Shown one piece after another: positions 1-9,842 of a DNA stretch of 64,000 bases (position 1 is its first letter; each line of letters starts with the position of its first letter). Under the pieces are notes generated by a model that worked only from the letters and a program-made list of their open reading frames with translations, made no database searches and was not told where the DNA came from. Origin of the DNA: Flavobacteriales bacterium UBA3364 (GTDB lineage: Bacteria > Bacteroidota > Bacteroidia > Flavobacteriales_F > PHOS-HE28); contig DEQO01000077.1 in the NCBI GenBank assembly GCA_002360495.1, positions 11,572-75,571 on the forward strand, written 5' to 3'. The position numbers were made by a program, and so were the translations under genes.

Positions 1-81
1 ACGTGAGATCATCTCCGCATGGCGTTTACCGATGTGGCCGCAGCCCACCACGGCGAACCGGATCTTGTCCTTCCCACTCAT
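1..81 (-). CDS. Gfo/Idh/MocA-family oxidoreductase (WbpB-like); only the N-terminal 27 codons are present and the gene runs off the left edge
   Basis: The reverse-strand ATG at 81-79 translates to [27 protein letters not shown], a Rossmann GxGxxG start typical of this family. It overlaps the stop of the upstream acetyltransferase gene in ATGA. Confidence 0.55.
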   Translation of the reverse strand, partial: MSGKDKIRFAVVGCGHIGKRHAEMISR

Positions 82-668
82 GCTGCGTCCGGACCGTTAT
101 CAGTGCGTGACACTCTCCCTTTCTCCAGTTTGTAGCGTTGGCCGCTCTCCGGACAAACCGCCCGTCCGTCAGGGTCGAATTCCAGCTTGTGGCCGTATTC
201 GCTCATCCAGCCGGTCTGGCGAGCAGGGTTCCCCACGACCAACGCGTGGTCCGGCACCTCGCGCGTCACGACGGCGCCTGCACCGATGAAGGCGTAACGA
301 CCGATGTCGTGCCCGCACACAATGGTGGCGTTGGCCCCTATGGAAGCACCCTGTTTCACAAGCGTGCGAAGGTACTCCCCCCTGCGGTTCACGGCGCTCC
401 GCGGATTGATCACGTTCGTGAATACCATCGACGGGCCGAGGAAGACATCATCCTCGCATTCCACCCCGGTGTAGATGCTCACGTTGTTCTGCACTTTCAC
501 GTTGCGACCGAGTTTCACGTCCGGGCTGATGACCACGTTCTGGCCGATGTTGCACTCCGGCCCGATGCTACACCCGGTCATGATGTGGCTGAAATGCCAG
601 ATCCGTGTTCCTTCACCGATGGTGCAGCCTTCGTCGATGACGGCGGTGGGGTGCGCTTTGAAGGACAT
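78..668 (-). CDS. Hexapeptide-repeat (left-handed beta-helix) sugar N-acetyltransferase, WbpD/WlbB-like
   Basis: The 196-aa product starts [26 protein letters not shown] inside the longer 78..1340 ORF. A hexapeptide periodicity runs throughout. The ATG (cat on the plus strand) is at 668-666. Confidence 0.85.
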   Translation of the reverse strand: MSFKAHPTAVIDEGCTIGEGTRIWHFSHIMTGCSIGPECNIGQNVVISPDVKLGRNVKVQNNVSIYTGVECEDDVFLGPSMVFTNVINPRSAVNRRGEYLRTLVKQGASIGANATIVCGHDIGRYAFIGAGAVVTREVPDHALVVGNPARQTGWMSEYGHKLEFDPDGRAVCPESGQRYKLEKGRVSRTDNGPDAA

Positions 669-724
669 GGTCACGACCGGACGATGGGGCCGCGAAGGTA
701 CCGAAGCGGAAGGGATCTCGTCGC

Positions 725-1612
725 CTACCCCCCCGGCTGCCAGAGGAGGAGGGGCGCAAGAGGCACACCCGGTGCGGGCATGTGGTCGAAGCCAGCTGCC
801 TCCAAGGACGAAACGATGCTGCGTAGCGGCGCCTCCTCCACCGGTGTCCCGGTGTTCCAACGCACGCCCATGAACCAGGCGCGCGCATCTTCCAGAGGCA
901 TCGAATAACGGTGGGCGATGATGTCCGGTGCAGTCTTTTTGGTCATCAACCCCGAAGCCTGGTCGCGGATCACCTTCAGCAGGCGCTCCACTTCGCGTGG
1001 ATGTGCAGCAAGCAGGGCCGTGGTGGCCACCATCAGGAACGAGGGCCAGGGAGCATGGTGTTCGTCGATCCGGCGGAGGTGCCCTGCATCCACATGGGGC
1101 TTGGTCGTGTACTTCTCCCACAGGAATGCCGCTGGCCCAGGCTCGCGCAACCGCACCAACGCACCGTTCAGGTCGTTCACGACCTCCAGGTCCTTCTCCT
1201 CCAGCGACCAGCCCTGCCTCCGGGCGTAGGTTACCGCGGCCAGGTGGCTGCCGCTGTTGGGGCGGCTGATGGCGAACGGGATGCCCTTGAGCTGATCCGG
1301 GGTGGTGATCGGTGTGTGCGCCCCCACATGGACACCCCACGTGAGCGGGCTGTCCACATACGAGGAAACAATGCGGCTGGGGTTCCCATTGAGGATGTCG
1401 CGCACCGCGCCCTCGGAAACCAACAAGGCCATGTCCACCTCACCGCTGCGAAGCAGTTTGCACATGGCGCCCGTTCCCTCCGGCACGGTCCGCCATTTCA
1501 CTTCGATGCCTGCACGGACGAAGGCGCGGCGCTCCAAGGCCAGCAGCCAGGGCAGATTGAAATGCTCGGGAACACCGGCCACCCGGATCGGTGTCGGCTC
1601 CCCGGTGATCAC
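725..1612 (-). CDS. Periplasmic-binding-protein type-2 fold protein (NMT1/THI5 or SsuA-like) without a signal peptide
   Basis: 295 aa. The [14 protein letters not shown] ... [11 protein letters not shown] pattern resembles NMT1/THI5-like substrate-binding proteins. There is no hydrophobic N-terminus. The GTG start overlaps the stop of the upstream gene (GTGA at 1612-1609). Confidence 0.55.
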   Translation of the reverse strand: MITGEPTPIRVAGVPEHFNLPWLLALERRAFVRAGIEVKWRTVPEGTGAMCKLLRSGEVDMALLVSEGAVRDILNGNPSRIVSSYVDSPLTWGVHVGAHTPITTPDQLKGIPFAISRPNSGSHLAAVTYARRQGWSLEEKDLEVVNDLNGALVRLREPGPAAFLWEKYTTKPHVDAGHLRRIDEHHAPWPSFLMVATTALLAAHPREVERLLKVIRDQASGLMTKKTAPDIIAHRYSMPLEDARAWFMGVRWNTGTPVEEAPLRSIVSSLEAAGFDHMPAPGVPLAPLLLWQPGG

Positions 1613-2691
1613 TTGCGCGCGTACTTCTCGAAACTGAAGTGCTCCTTCTCATTGAGCTCCTTCTTCGTGAGCCCTTTGAAGTACGCGTAGGTACGGCGCA
1701 TGCCTTCGGCCCGATCCACCTTCGGCTCCCACTTCAGCAGCTTCTTCGCCAAGGTGATGTCCGGCTGACGTTGCATCGGGTCATCGCTGGGCAGCGGCTT
1801 GTAAATGAGCTTTTGCTTGGTGCCCGTGAGCTTGAGTATCTCCTCGGCGAATTGCTTGATGGTGATCTCTTTCGGGTTGCCCACGTTCACCGGTCCGGCG
1901 TAGTTGCTCAGCAGGAGGCGGTAGATGCCCTCGATCAGGTCGTCCACGTAACAGAAGCTGCGCGTTTGATCACCCTTCCCGAAGATGGTGAGGTCCTCAC
2001 CACGCAGGGCTTGGCCCATGAAAGCGGGTACGACGCGGCCGTCGTTCAAGCGCATGCGTGGCCCATAGGTGTTGAAGATGCGCACCATGCGCGTCTCCAG
2101 GCCGTGATAGTGGTGATAGGCCATCGTTATCGCCTCCTGGAAGCGCTTGGCCTCATCGTACATACTGCGCTTGCCCACCGGGTTCACATGGCCCCAGTAA
2201 CTCTCGTTCTGCGGGTGGACTTTCGGGTCACCGTACACCTCGCTGGTGCTGGCCACCAGGATGCGCGCCTTCTTCACCCGGGCGAGGCCGAGCAAGTTGT
2301 GCGTGCCCAGGGAGCCCACCTTCAAGGTCTGGATGGGGATCTTCTCGTAGTCTATCGGCGAAGCCGGGGACGCGAAGTGCAGGATGTACTTCAACTCGCC
2401 CGGAACATGCACGAACTTGGACACGTCATGGTGGTAGAACTCGAAATCCTCCCGATGGAAGAGGTGTTCGATGTTCTTCAGGCTGCCTGTGATCAGGTTG
2501 TCCATCCCGATCACGTGGTAGCCTTCCTTCAGGAACCGATCGCACAAGTGCGAACCCAAGAATCCGGCCGCACCGGTTATCAGGACGCGATCCTTGGTTT
2601 TGGCGGACCCCTTCGGTTTTGCCGACTTGGCCGGTAAGTCGACCCTTGGGGTCGACGCAACTGGTGCCTTCTTGGAAAACTTCTTGGCCAT
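1609..2691 (-). CDS. UDP-glucuronate decarboxylase (UDP-xylose synthase), SDR family, with a basic N-terminal extension
   Basis: 360 aa. It has [18 protein letters not shown] (Rossmann motif), the STSEVYGDP and YDEAKR catalytic motifs, and an overall UXS-like sequence. Confidence 0.9.
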   Translation of the reverse strand: MAKKFSKKAPVASTPRVDLPAKSAKPKGSAKTKDRVLITGAAGFLGSHLCDRFLKEGYHVIGMDNLITGSLKNIEHLFHREDFEFYHHDVSKFVHVPGELKYILHFASPASPIDYEKIPIQTLKVGSLGTHNLLGLARVKKARILVASTSEVYGDPKVHPQNESYWGHVNPVGKRSMYDEAKRFQEAITMAYHHYHGLETRMVRIFNTYGPRMRLNDGRVVPAFMGQALRGEDLTIFGKGDQTRSFCYVDDLIEGIYRLLLSNYAGPVNVGNPKEITIKQFAEEILKLTGTKQKLIYKPLPSDDPMQRQPDITLAKKLLKWEPKVDRAEGMRRTYAYFKGLTKKELNEKEHFSFEKYARK

Positions 2692-2695
2692 TTGA

Positions 2696-4051
2696 TCAGG
2701 CGTTCGCGGTGGCTTTGTGGCTGTGCTTGGGGCTGTGCGCGGCGGTGACGACGTTGCGGCCGATGCTCACGTAGTGGAAGCCTTTCGCTTTCATCTCGTC
2801 CAACTCGTACAGGTTGCGGCCGTCGAACACGGTGCGCTCCTTCAGGCTCTTCTCCAAGCGGTCGAAATCCGGCGTACGGAAAAGGGACCACTCGGTGCAG
2901 ATGATCAATGAATCGGCGCCCTTCAAGGCCTCATATTCATCCGTCGCGTAGTGGATCTTGCCGCCGATCAGCTTCTTCACGTTGCCTGCTCCCTCGGGAT
3001 CGAACGCCGTTACCGTTGCACCGGCGGCAACCAATGCATCGATCATGTACAAAGCGGGCGCCTCGCGGATGTCATCCGTATCCGGCTTGAACGACAAGCC
3101 CCACATGGCGAAGTGCCTGCCTTTCAAATTGCCGCCGTAGTAGGCCTCGATCTTCGGCATCAACGCGGTCTTCTGCTTCTCGTTCACTTCCATCACGCTT
3201 TCGATGATCTGGAAGTCATAGCCCGCCTCCTTGCCGCTCTTGGCCAGGGCTTGCACGTCCTTCGGGAAGCAGCTGCCCCCGTAACCGATGCCCGGGAACA
3301 GGAAGCGCTTCCCGATGCGCGTGTCCGTTCCCATGCCGATCCGCACCTTGTCCACGTCGGCACCCACGGCCTCGCAGAAGTTCGCGATCTCGTTCATGAA
3401 GGTGATCTTGGCCGCGAGGAAGGCATTGGCCGCGTACTTCGTGAGCTCGGCACTGCGCTCATCCATGAAGATGATCGGGTTGCCCTGGCGCACGAAAGGC
3501 TTGTACAGGTCCTCCATCAACTTGCGTGCACGGTCACTGCTGGTGCCCACGACCACGCGGTCGGGCTTCAGGAAATCGTCCACGGCGAACCCTTCTCGCA
3601 GGAATTCGGGGTTGCTCACCACATCGAACTCCACCTTGGCGTACTTGGCCACCTCGGCATGCACCTTTTCGGCCGTACCGACCGGCACGGTGCTCTTGTC
3701 AACGAGGACCTTATAGTCCTTCATCAACCTACCGATATCACCTGCAGCCTTCAGCACGTAACTGAGGTCGGCACTTCCATCTTCACCCGGTGGTGTCGGC
3801 AAGGCCAGGAAAACGATCTGGGCCTTCTCCAACGCCTCTGCAAGGTCGGTGGTGAAGCTCAACCGTCCCTGGCGGATGTTGCGCTCGAACAGCACATCCA
3901 GATGCGGTTCGTAGATGGGCACCTTCCCATCCTTCATCATCTGCACCTTCTCGGCATTGATGTCCACGCAAACAACGTGGTTCCCGGTCTCTGCAAAGCA
4001 TGTTCCGGTGACGAGGCCGACGTATCCTGTTCCTACTACTGCGATGTTCAT
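2696..4051 (-). CDS. ugd: UDP-glucose 6-dehydrogenase
   Basis: 451 aa. It starts [30 protein letters not shown] and contains the GGSCFPKD catalytic-Cys motif. Confidence 0.92.
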   Translation of the reverse strand: MNIAVVGTGYVGLVTGTCFAETGNHVVCVDINAEKVQMMKDGKVPIYEPHLDVLFERNIRQGRLSFTTDLAEALEKAQIVFLALPTPPGEDGSADLSYVLKAAGDIGRLMKDYKVLVDKSTVPVGTAEKVHAEVAKYAKVEFDVVSNPEFLREGFAVDDFLKPDRVVVGTSSDRARKLMEDLYKPFVRQGNPIIFMDERSAELTKYAANAFLAAKITFMNEIANFCEAVGADVDKVRIGMGTDTRIGKRFLFPGIGYGGSCFPKDVQALAKSGKEAGYDFQIIESVMEVNEKQKTALMPKIEAYYGGNLKGRHFAMWGLSFKPDTDDIREAPALYMIDALVAAGATVTAFDPEGAGNVKKLIGGKIHYATDEYEALKGADSLIICTEWSLFRTPDFDRLEKSLKERTVFDGRNLYELDEMKAKGFHYVSIGRNVVTAAHSPKHSHKATANA

Positions 4052-4096
4052 GGTTGGCGGGATGGTCTGGGCCGGAAATTCCCGGCCTTTACGGAT

Positions 4097-5227
4097 CTAT
4101 TGGTTGAAGTAGCCCTTCACCGTGTTGGTGATGTGCGTGAGTTGTTCGTTGTCGAGCTCGGTGCTCATGGGGAGGGAGAGCACTTCGCAGATGAGTTGTT
4201 CGGTGACCGGAAGTGATCCCTCCGGAAAACGAACGCTCTTGTACGCATTCTGCTGGTGGCAGGATACAGGATAATAGATCATGGCGGGTACACCGTGGGC
4301 CTCAAGATGTTGTTTGAGCCCGTCGCGATGCCCTCCTGTCACCCGTAACGTGTACTGGTGGAAGACGTGGGTACTGCTGGCGCTTCGCTGTGGGACGATG
4401 ATGTTCTCCAGACCAGCAAAGGCCTTGTCGTAGAAGGCCGCTGCGGCATTGCGCGCCGCGGAATAGGTGTCCAGATGTTCCAGTTTGACCCTGAGGATGG
4501 CGGCCTGCATGGAATCCAGCCGACTATTGACCCCGACCACCTCGTGGAAGTAGCGGACGTCGCTTCCGTGGTTGCACACACGGCGCAGTTTCTTCGCGAG
4601 CGCATCGTCGTTGGTGAACAAGGCGCCACCATCTCCGTAACCACCCAGGTTCTTGCTGGGAAAGAAACTCGTGGAAGCGATGTGGCCGATGGCCCCGCTC
4701 TTCTTCTTGGTACCGTCCGCGAAGGTGTAATCGGCGCCGATCGCCTGTGCATTGTCCTCGATCACATGGAGTCCGTGCTCTTCGGCGATCCTCATGATCG
4801 CCTCCATGTCCGCCGTTTGACCGAAGAGGTGTACGGGAACGATCGCCCTGGTCTTCGGCGTGATCTTCCGTGCGATATCGGCCGGGTCCAGGTTGAAGGT
4901 ACCCGGCAGCACATCGGCGAAGACCGGGACGACCCCGAGCAAGGCCACGACCTCCACCGTGGCAACGAACGTGAACGAAGCGGTGATCACTTCGTCACCC
5001 GGCTTCAAGCCCAAGGCCATCATCGCGATCTGCAGGGCGTCCGTGCCGTTCGCACAGCCGATGACATGCTTCACCCCCAGGTAGGCGCCCAGTTCCTTCT
5101 CGAACTCCTTCACCTCCGGCCCATTGATGAAGGCGGTGCTGTCGAGCACGCGTTGGAGCGCGGCATCCACTTCGGGCTTGATCTTCTGGTATTGGCCGAC
5201 GAGGTCGACCATTTGGATGGGTTTCAT
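4097..5227 (-). CDS. DegT/DnrJ/EryC1/StrS-family PLP-dependent sugar aminotransferase (WbpE-like)
   Basis: The 376-aa product starts MKPIQMVDLVGQYQKIKPEVD (ATG at 5227-5225) inside the longer 4097..5806 ORF. The FFPSKNLGGYGDGG lysine motif is typical of the family. Confidence 0.9.
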   Translation of the reverse strand: MKPIQMVDLVGQYQKIKPEVDAALQRVLDSTAFINGPEVKEFEKELGAYLGVKHVIGCANGTDALQIAMMALGLKPGDEVITASFTFVATVEVVALLGVVPVFADVLPGTFNLDPADIARKITPKTRAIVPVHLFGQTADMEAIMRIAEEHGLHVIEDNAQAIGADYTFADGTKKKSGAIGHIASTSFFPSKNLGGYGDGGALFTNDDALAKKLRRVCNHGSDVRYFHEVVGVNSRLDSMQAAILRVKLEHLDTYSAARNAAAAFYDKAFAGLENIIVPQRSASSTHVFHQYTLRVTGGHRDGLKQHLEAHGVPAMIYYPVSCHQQNAYKSVRFPEGSLPVTEQLICEVLSLPMSTELDNEQLTHITNTVKGYFNQ

Positions 5228-5362
5228 CAGGTGGGTCTTGCCCTTTCCGAAAAGGGTGGGCGAAGATAGCAACCCTCTTCGCCGGTAACCGCTTGACCGT
5301 TCGGCCTTTGGGCAATTCCGTTGGGGATCGGCCGTTGACCGGCCGTTACCTTCGTCGCTCAA

Positions 5363-6118
5363 ATGATCGCCCTGCGACACTTCCTCCTTGCTCCTCTCCT
5401 GGCCTTTGGGGTGCTCGTCCACGCCCAGAACATCCGGGATTCCACGATAGCGCTCGTTGCCGTTCAGGCCAGCTATGCGCAACAGTTCCCCGGCGGCGAT
5501 ATGGCCGAACGCTTCGGCACCAACAGCAATGTGGGTTTGGGTGCGTTCCGAAAGTTCAGGAACAACTACTTCCTTGGCGCCGAAGGCAGTTTCATCTTCG
5601 GGAACAACGTATCGGAGCCGGGTATCCTTCGGAATGTGATCAACAGCGCCGGACAGATCGTGGATGCCGATGGAGCCCAGGCGGACGTCTTCCTCTATGA
5701 GCGTGGATGGACGGTCTTCGCAACGGCAGGCCGGATCTTCCCGATCATCGGACCCAATCCGAACTCCGGCCTCGTGCTGAAATTCGGGGGTGGATACATG
5801 CGTCACAAGGTGCGGGTGCAGACACAGAAGAACGTGGTGCCGCAGTTGGAGGATGAATACCTGGAAGGCTACGACCGGCTAGCTGCAGGGCCTGCAGCGC
5901 TAGCGTATCTCGGGTACCAGCACTTTGCCGACCGGGGGCGCGTGAACTTCCACATCGGCCTGGAATTCATGGCCGGGGCCACACAGGCCCTGCACCCGTA
6001 CAATTTCGATACGGAACAGTACAACAAGGCCAACCGGTTCGATCTTCTCACTGGGATTCGCGCCGGATGGACCCTGCCCATCTACAAGAAAGTGGATACC
6101 GCATTCCATTACTACTGA
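5363..6118 (+). CDS. Hypothetical secreted or outer-membrane protein (beta-barrel-like)
   Basis: 251 aa. It has an N-terminal signal peptide (LLAPLLAFGVLVHAQ), alternating-hydrophobic strands rich in Gly and aromatics, and an aromatic C-terminus (FHYY). Confidence 0.6.
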   Translation: MIALRHFLLAPLLAFGVLVHAQNIRDSTIALVAVQASYAQQFPGGDMAERFGTNSNVGLGAFRKFRNNYFLGAEGSFIFGNNVSEPGILRNVINSAGQIVDADGAQADVFLYERGWTVFATAGRIFPIIGPNPNSGLVLKFGGGYMRHKVRVQTQKNVVPQLEDEYLEGYDRLAAGPAALAYLGYQHFADRGRVNFHIGLEFMAGATQALHPYNFDTEQYNKANRFDLLTGIRAGWTLPIYKKVDTAFHYY

Positions 6119-7356
6119 TGGTGCGGCTCATCGGCCTGGGGACCATCCTCTACCACCTCGGCATCCGGCTTGCCGCGGCGTTCGTGCCCAAGGCTCGGCT
6201 ATGGGTGGAGGGGCGGAAAGGTTCATGGACGCGCTTGGAAGCGAAGTCGGCGGCGTTGCAGGGATGCCTGTGGATGCACTGCGCCAGTGTGGGTGAATTC
6301 GAACAAGGCCGACCGGTGCTCGAGGCGATCAAGAAGGAAAGACCGGAGCTACCGGTGTTGCTCACCTTCTTCAGCCCGAGCGGTTACGAGGCGCGGAAGA
6401 ATTTCCCGATGGCGACGCACGTGGAGTACCTGCCACCCGATTCAGCCGCGAACGCTGATCGCCTGCTCAAGCTCGTGCGTCCGAAGGCCGTCATTTTCAT
6501 CAAATACGAATTCTGGTTCGAGCACCTTGCCGCGCTGAAGCGGACCGGAGTGCCTACTTTCCTGGTAAGCGCCATCTTCCGTCCGTCGCAGCCTTTCTTC
6601 CGCTGGTACGGCGCTGCGCACCGGACGATGCTCTCATGCTTCGCACGACTTTTCGTGCAGGACGATGCTTCGCGCGACCTTTTGGGAACGATCGGCGTTC
6701 ACAACGTGATCGTCAGTGGCGATACGCGCTTCGACCGGGTCCTTGCGATCGTCAATGCGGATGAGGAAGTGCCGATCGCCCGCACCTTCAAGGAAATGAG
6801 CAACGGTCCTGTGATGGTCTGCGGCAGCACATGGCCCGAGGATGATCGGACGCTGGCGGCGGCGTTCGTGGGCTTGAAGAACAGGCTCTCCGTCATCGTC
6901 GCACCGCACGAATCGTCCGCGACACAGAACGAACGGATCACCCGCGACTTCCCTCCAGCAACGATCCGCTGGAGTGCATGGAGCCCATCGCAAATGCCCG
7001 CACACACGTTGCTCGTGGACCGCATGGGATTGCTTTCCCGTCTTTACAAGTATGGTGACGTCACATACGTTGGCGGTGGGTTCGGCAGTGGCATCCACAA
7101 CACGTTGGAAGCCGCGGCATGGGGCAAGCCGGTCATCTTCGGACCCAACTACCAGCGCTTCGCCGAGGCACGGGGCTTGATCGACGCGGGTGCGGGCTTC
7201 AGCGTGAAGAACGAAGAAGAACTCGGGGCCTTGTTACAGCGGTTCTTGAACGATCCCGATGCGCTGAGGACCGCTTCCGAGGCAGCTTCACACTATGTGC
7301 TTGAACGCACCGGGGCAACGCAACGCGTGCTCCACGGTGTGCTCGCCGACCTCTAG
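6118..7356 (+). CDS. waaA: 3-deoxy-D-manno-octulosonic acid (Kdo) transferase
   Basis: The product starts MVRLIGLGTILYHLGIRLAA (ATG at 6118, a TGATG overlap with the previous stop). It contains WMHCASVGEFEQGRPV and a glycosyltransferase-N/GT-B pattern. Confidence 0.88.
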   Translation: MVRLIGLGTILYHLGIRLAAAFVPKARLWVEGRKGSWTRLEAKSAALQGCLWMHCASVGEFEQGRPVLEAIKKERPELPVLLTFFSPSGYEARKNFPMATHVEYLPPDSAANADRLLKLVRPKAVIFIKYEFWFEHLAALKRTGVPTFLVSAIFRPSQPFFRWYGAAHRTMLSCFARLFVQDDASRDLLGTIGVHNVIVSGDTRFDRVLAIVNADEEVPIARTFKEMSNGPVMVCGSTWPEDDRTLAAAFVGLKNRLSVIVAPHESSATQNERITRDFPPATIRWSAWSPSQMPAHTLLVDRMGLLSRLYKYGDVTYVGGGFGSGIHNTLEAAAWGKPVIFGPNYQRFAEARGLIDAGAGFSVKNEEELGALLQRFLNDPDALRTASEAASHYVLERTGATQRVLHGVLADL

Positions 7357-7363
7357 CACTACG

Positions 7364-8959
7364 CTACTTCGTATCGGTGGACAGATCGATACGTACTGGG
7401 AGATAGCGTCCACCATCGGGCTTCTCGGACCCGAACGTGTAATACTCCGTAGGTCCCACGCGGAACAACTGCTGTCCGCAGATATAGCCGGTCTCACCGG
7501 TGCTCTTCAACACGGGCTTCACCTTGCTCACCCCCTTCGCATCGAAGGCGATGTGCGCACTGTACGGGTCTTCCATCATGCCAACGGTCATCTTGCCACC
7601 CGTCTTCCGCAATCCGGCCATCTGCTCGGAATCCATGAGGAACAAGAAAAGCTCATCGCTGAACGATCCACACAGGACATCGCCCAAGTTGGGTGAACCA
7701 CTTTGGTACCAGCGACGGAACAGGCTGTTCCATTGAACGCTTCCGCTCTTATCGACCGCAGTGGCCTGCACCGGGCCGTGGATGTAACGGTCCATGGTGC
7801 GTTTGTCCTTCAGGTCGAAGTAGGTCTCCATGAAGTAGAGCTCCTTCACCAGGAAGAAGCCGCCGTCCTTGCGGGGCATCACATCGATCATCCGTATCCC
7901 GGTCATCCAGCGTTCGGTGTCCTTTTCCGTGAACTTCTGGCCCTGCACCGGCTGTGGCTCGCCTTCGGCGTTCAATCCCCCTTCTTCCGGATGGGGTATC
8001 AGCATGGGTTCGCCGATGGTGCCGTCCGGTGCGATCATGGCGATCATGTCGCCTTCCGTATGGACCTTATCCGCTTCGATCTTCGCGTACACACCGCACA
8101 AAGCGATACGACCATCGGGAAGCTGGCCAAGGATGGCGTGCGTCAAGAACTGCTCGCGGGACAAGGGGACGGCCACCACCGAAGCGCTATCCTTCCCGAT
8201 CCGATGCAGGGTGATGGAAACGGTCGGCTTTCCATCCGCCACTTCGGCGCGCGCAGACCGATCGCTCACCAGCACGTAGGCTGTTCCCGAGGTATCCAAT
8301 TCAGCATCGAGCACCATCGACCGGATGGACTTCTCGCCTCCCGTCACCGCCTGCTGCCAACGCACCTGCATGTCCTTGCCGACCAGCCCCAGCATGGCCT
8401 TGTATCCGCCATGCATCGGCACCATAGGGCTGCGCAGCAACAACAACGAACTGTCCGGGGAATAATGGTAGTTGAAGGATGCCGGTTCCGCGTGCGTAGC
8501 CGATGGAAGTGCAACAGGCCACGAGCATAGTACCTCGTGTGGAGGTGGCATCTTGGTGATGTTCGGTTCAAGCACCTGGTAGTACAGGCTTGTAGCATCC
8601 GCCCCATGATCACGGGCCAGCATCAACGTGCGACCTGCGAAAACGATCACCCGATCCGGGACCACCTTACGGCCGTTCGTGAGCTTCTCGACGGGTGGTT
8701 GGGTGCGGAGGAAGCCGAGCTTGGCACGGTCGTACAGGTCCAATCGGCCTTTGACCACACCGTCCACTTCCACCTCCTGGCGTTGCATCAAGAGGCTGTT
8801 GGCCGCGGTCTTCACCAAGCCGATCGGGGCCAGCCGGGCATCGCCTTCACCCTCCATGCCCATGCGCACCCGAATACGCGTCCTGTCACCTTGGGCATTA
8901 AGGGCGACGCTCGAAAGGACAAGTGCGAAAAGGAACGATGCTGAACGGAAATGGGCCAT
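7364..8959 (-). CDS. Hypothetical secreted protein
   Basis: The 531-aa product starts MAHFRSASFLFALVLSSVALNAQG (signal peptide; ATG at 8959-8957) inside the longer 7364..9217 ORF. I recognised no family. Confidence 0.6.
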   Translation of the reverse strand: MAHFRSASFLFALVLSSVALNAQGDRTRIRVRMGMEGEGDARLAPIGLVKTAANSLLMQRQEVEVDGVVKGRLDLYDRAKLGFLRTQPPVEKLTNGRKVVPDRVIVFAGRTLMLARDHGADATSLYYQVLEPNITKMPPPHEVLCSWPVALPSATHAEPASFNYHYSPDSSLLLLRSPMVPMHGGYKAMLGLVGKDMQVRWQQAVTGGEKSIRSMVLDAELDTSGTAYVLVSDRSARAEVADGKPTVSITLHRIGKDSASVVAVPLSREQFLTHAILGQLPDGRIALCGVYAKIEADKVHTEGDMIAMIAPDGTIGEPMLIPHPEEGGLNAEGEPQPVQGQKFTEKDTERWMTGIRMIDVMPRKDGGFFLVKELYFMETYFDLKDKRTMDRYIHGPVQATAVDKSGSVQWNSLFRRWYQSGSPNLGDVLCGSFSDELFLFLMDSEQMAGLRKTGGKMTVGMMEDPYSAHIAFDAKGVSKVKPVLKSTGETGYICGQQLFRVGPTEYYTFGSEKPDGGRYLPVRIDLSTDTK

Positions 8960-9050
8960 TGGACGCTCGATGTTGGTGCGCAAAGTAGTGGTACTCGTGC
9001 AAATGGACCGGTCGCCCAGCAAAGGACGTACCACGCCGGGGATGCACGCC

Positions 9051-9392
9051 TCAGCCGAGTTTGGGATTGTTCCAGTGCCGTTCGGCGTCGCGCGCCGTTC
9101 GCTTGGCCATTGCTGAATCCCAGGCGGCTTGCAGATCAGTTCCCGTCTGGTTCGCGAGGCACAGGACAACGAAGAGCACATCCGAAAGTTCCTCACCAAG
9201 GTCCTTCGCCCTGTCACTTTCCTTCTCGCTTTGTTCCCCGTAACGCCGGGCCATGATGCGCGCCACCTCCCCTACTTCCTCGGCGAGCAAGGCCATGTTG
9301 GTCATGGGATCGAAGTAGCGAACGCCGGTGGTCTTGATCCACTGGTCCACGTTCTTTTGAAGGATCCCGAGCGGTTCCATGTCATCCATCAT
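9051..9392 (-). CDS. mazG: MazG-like nucleotide pyrophosphohydrolase
   Basis: 113 aa. The EEVGEVARI and ELSDVLFVVLCLA helices are typical of small MazG proteins. The start overlaps the dtd stop in ATGA. Confidence 0.8.
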   Translation of the reverse strand: MMDDMEPLGILQKNVDQWIKTTGVRYFDPMTNMALLAEEVGEVARIMARRYGEQSEKESDRAKDLGEELSDVLFVVLCLANQTGTDLQAAWDSAMAKRTARDAERHWNNPKLG

Positions 9393-9841
9393 TCGCGCAG
9401 TTTGCTGTCGATGATCACCGTCACCGGACCATTGTTGACCAAGGCCACTTGCATATCGGCACCGAACTCGCCGGTGCGTACCGGACGGCCCAACAGTTCG
9501 GTGAACCGTTGCTTCGCCCGCAGGTAGAGCGGAACGGCTTCTTCCGGACGTGCGGCGCGCATGTAACTGGGGCGATTGCCCTTTGCCGTGCTGGCGTGCA
9601 ACGTGAATTGGCTGACCAGGAGAAGTTCGCCATGTGCCTGAGCGACGTCCACGTTCATCACACCCTCGGCGTCCGGAAAAATGCGCAACCGGGCGACCTT
9701 CCCGCAGATCCATTCCAGATCCTCCTCCGTGTCGCCCACTTCAATACCGAGCAGTACGAGCATCCCTGTGGAGATATGAGCGCGTCGCGTTCCGCCGATG
9801 TCCACGGACGCTTCACTGACCCGCTGAACAACGGCCCGCAT
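9389..9841 (-). CDS. dtd: D-aminoacyl-tRNA deacylase
   Basis: 150 aa. It reads MRAVVQRVSEASV ... LLVSQFTL ... NGPVT, the canonical Dtd signature. Confidence 0.93.
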   Translation of the reverse strand: MRAVVQRVSEASVDIGGTRRAHISTGMLVLLGIEVGDTEEDLEWICGKVARLRIFPDAEGVMNVDVAQAHGELLLVSQFTLHASTAKGNRPSYMRAARPEEAVPLYLRAKQRFTELLGRPVRTGEFGADMQVALVNNGPVTVIIDSKLRE

Positions 9842-9842
9842 C

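Noticed and set aside
4097-5806. Long N-terminal extensions of listed ORFs: 4097-5806, 7364-9217, 14340-15413, 9051-9713, 29066-30529, 30640-32118 and 78-1340.
   Set aside because: The conserved protein begins at an internal ATG in every case, with a signal peptide or known family N-terminus. The upstream parts overlap neighbouring genes or the SAM riboswitch and have non-protein-like composition. I trimmed the starts accordingly.
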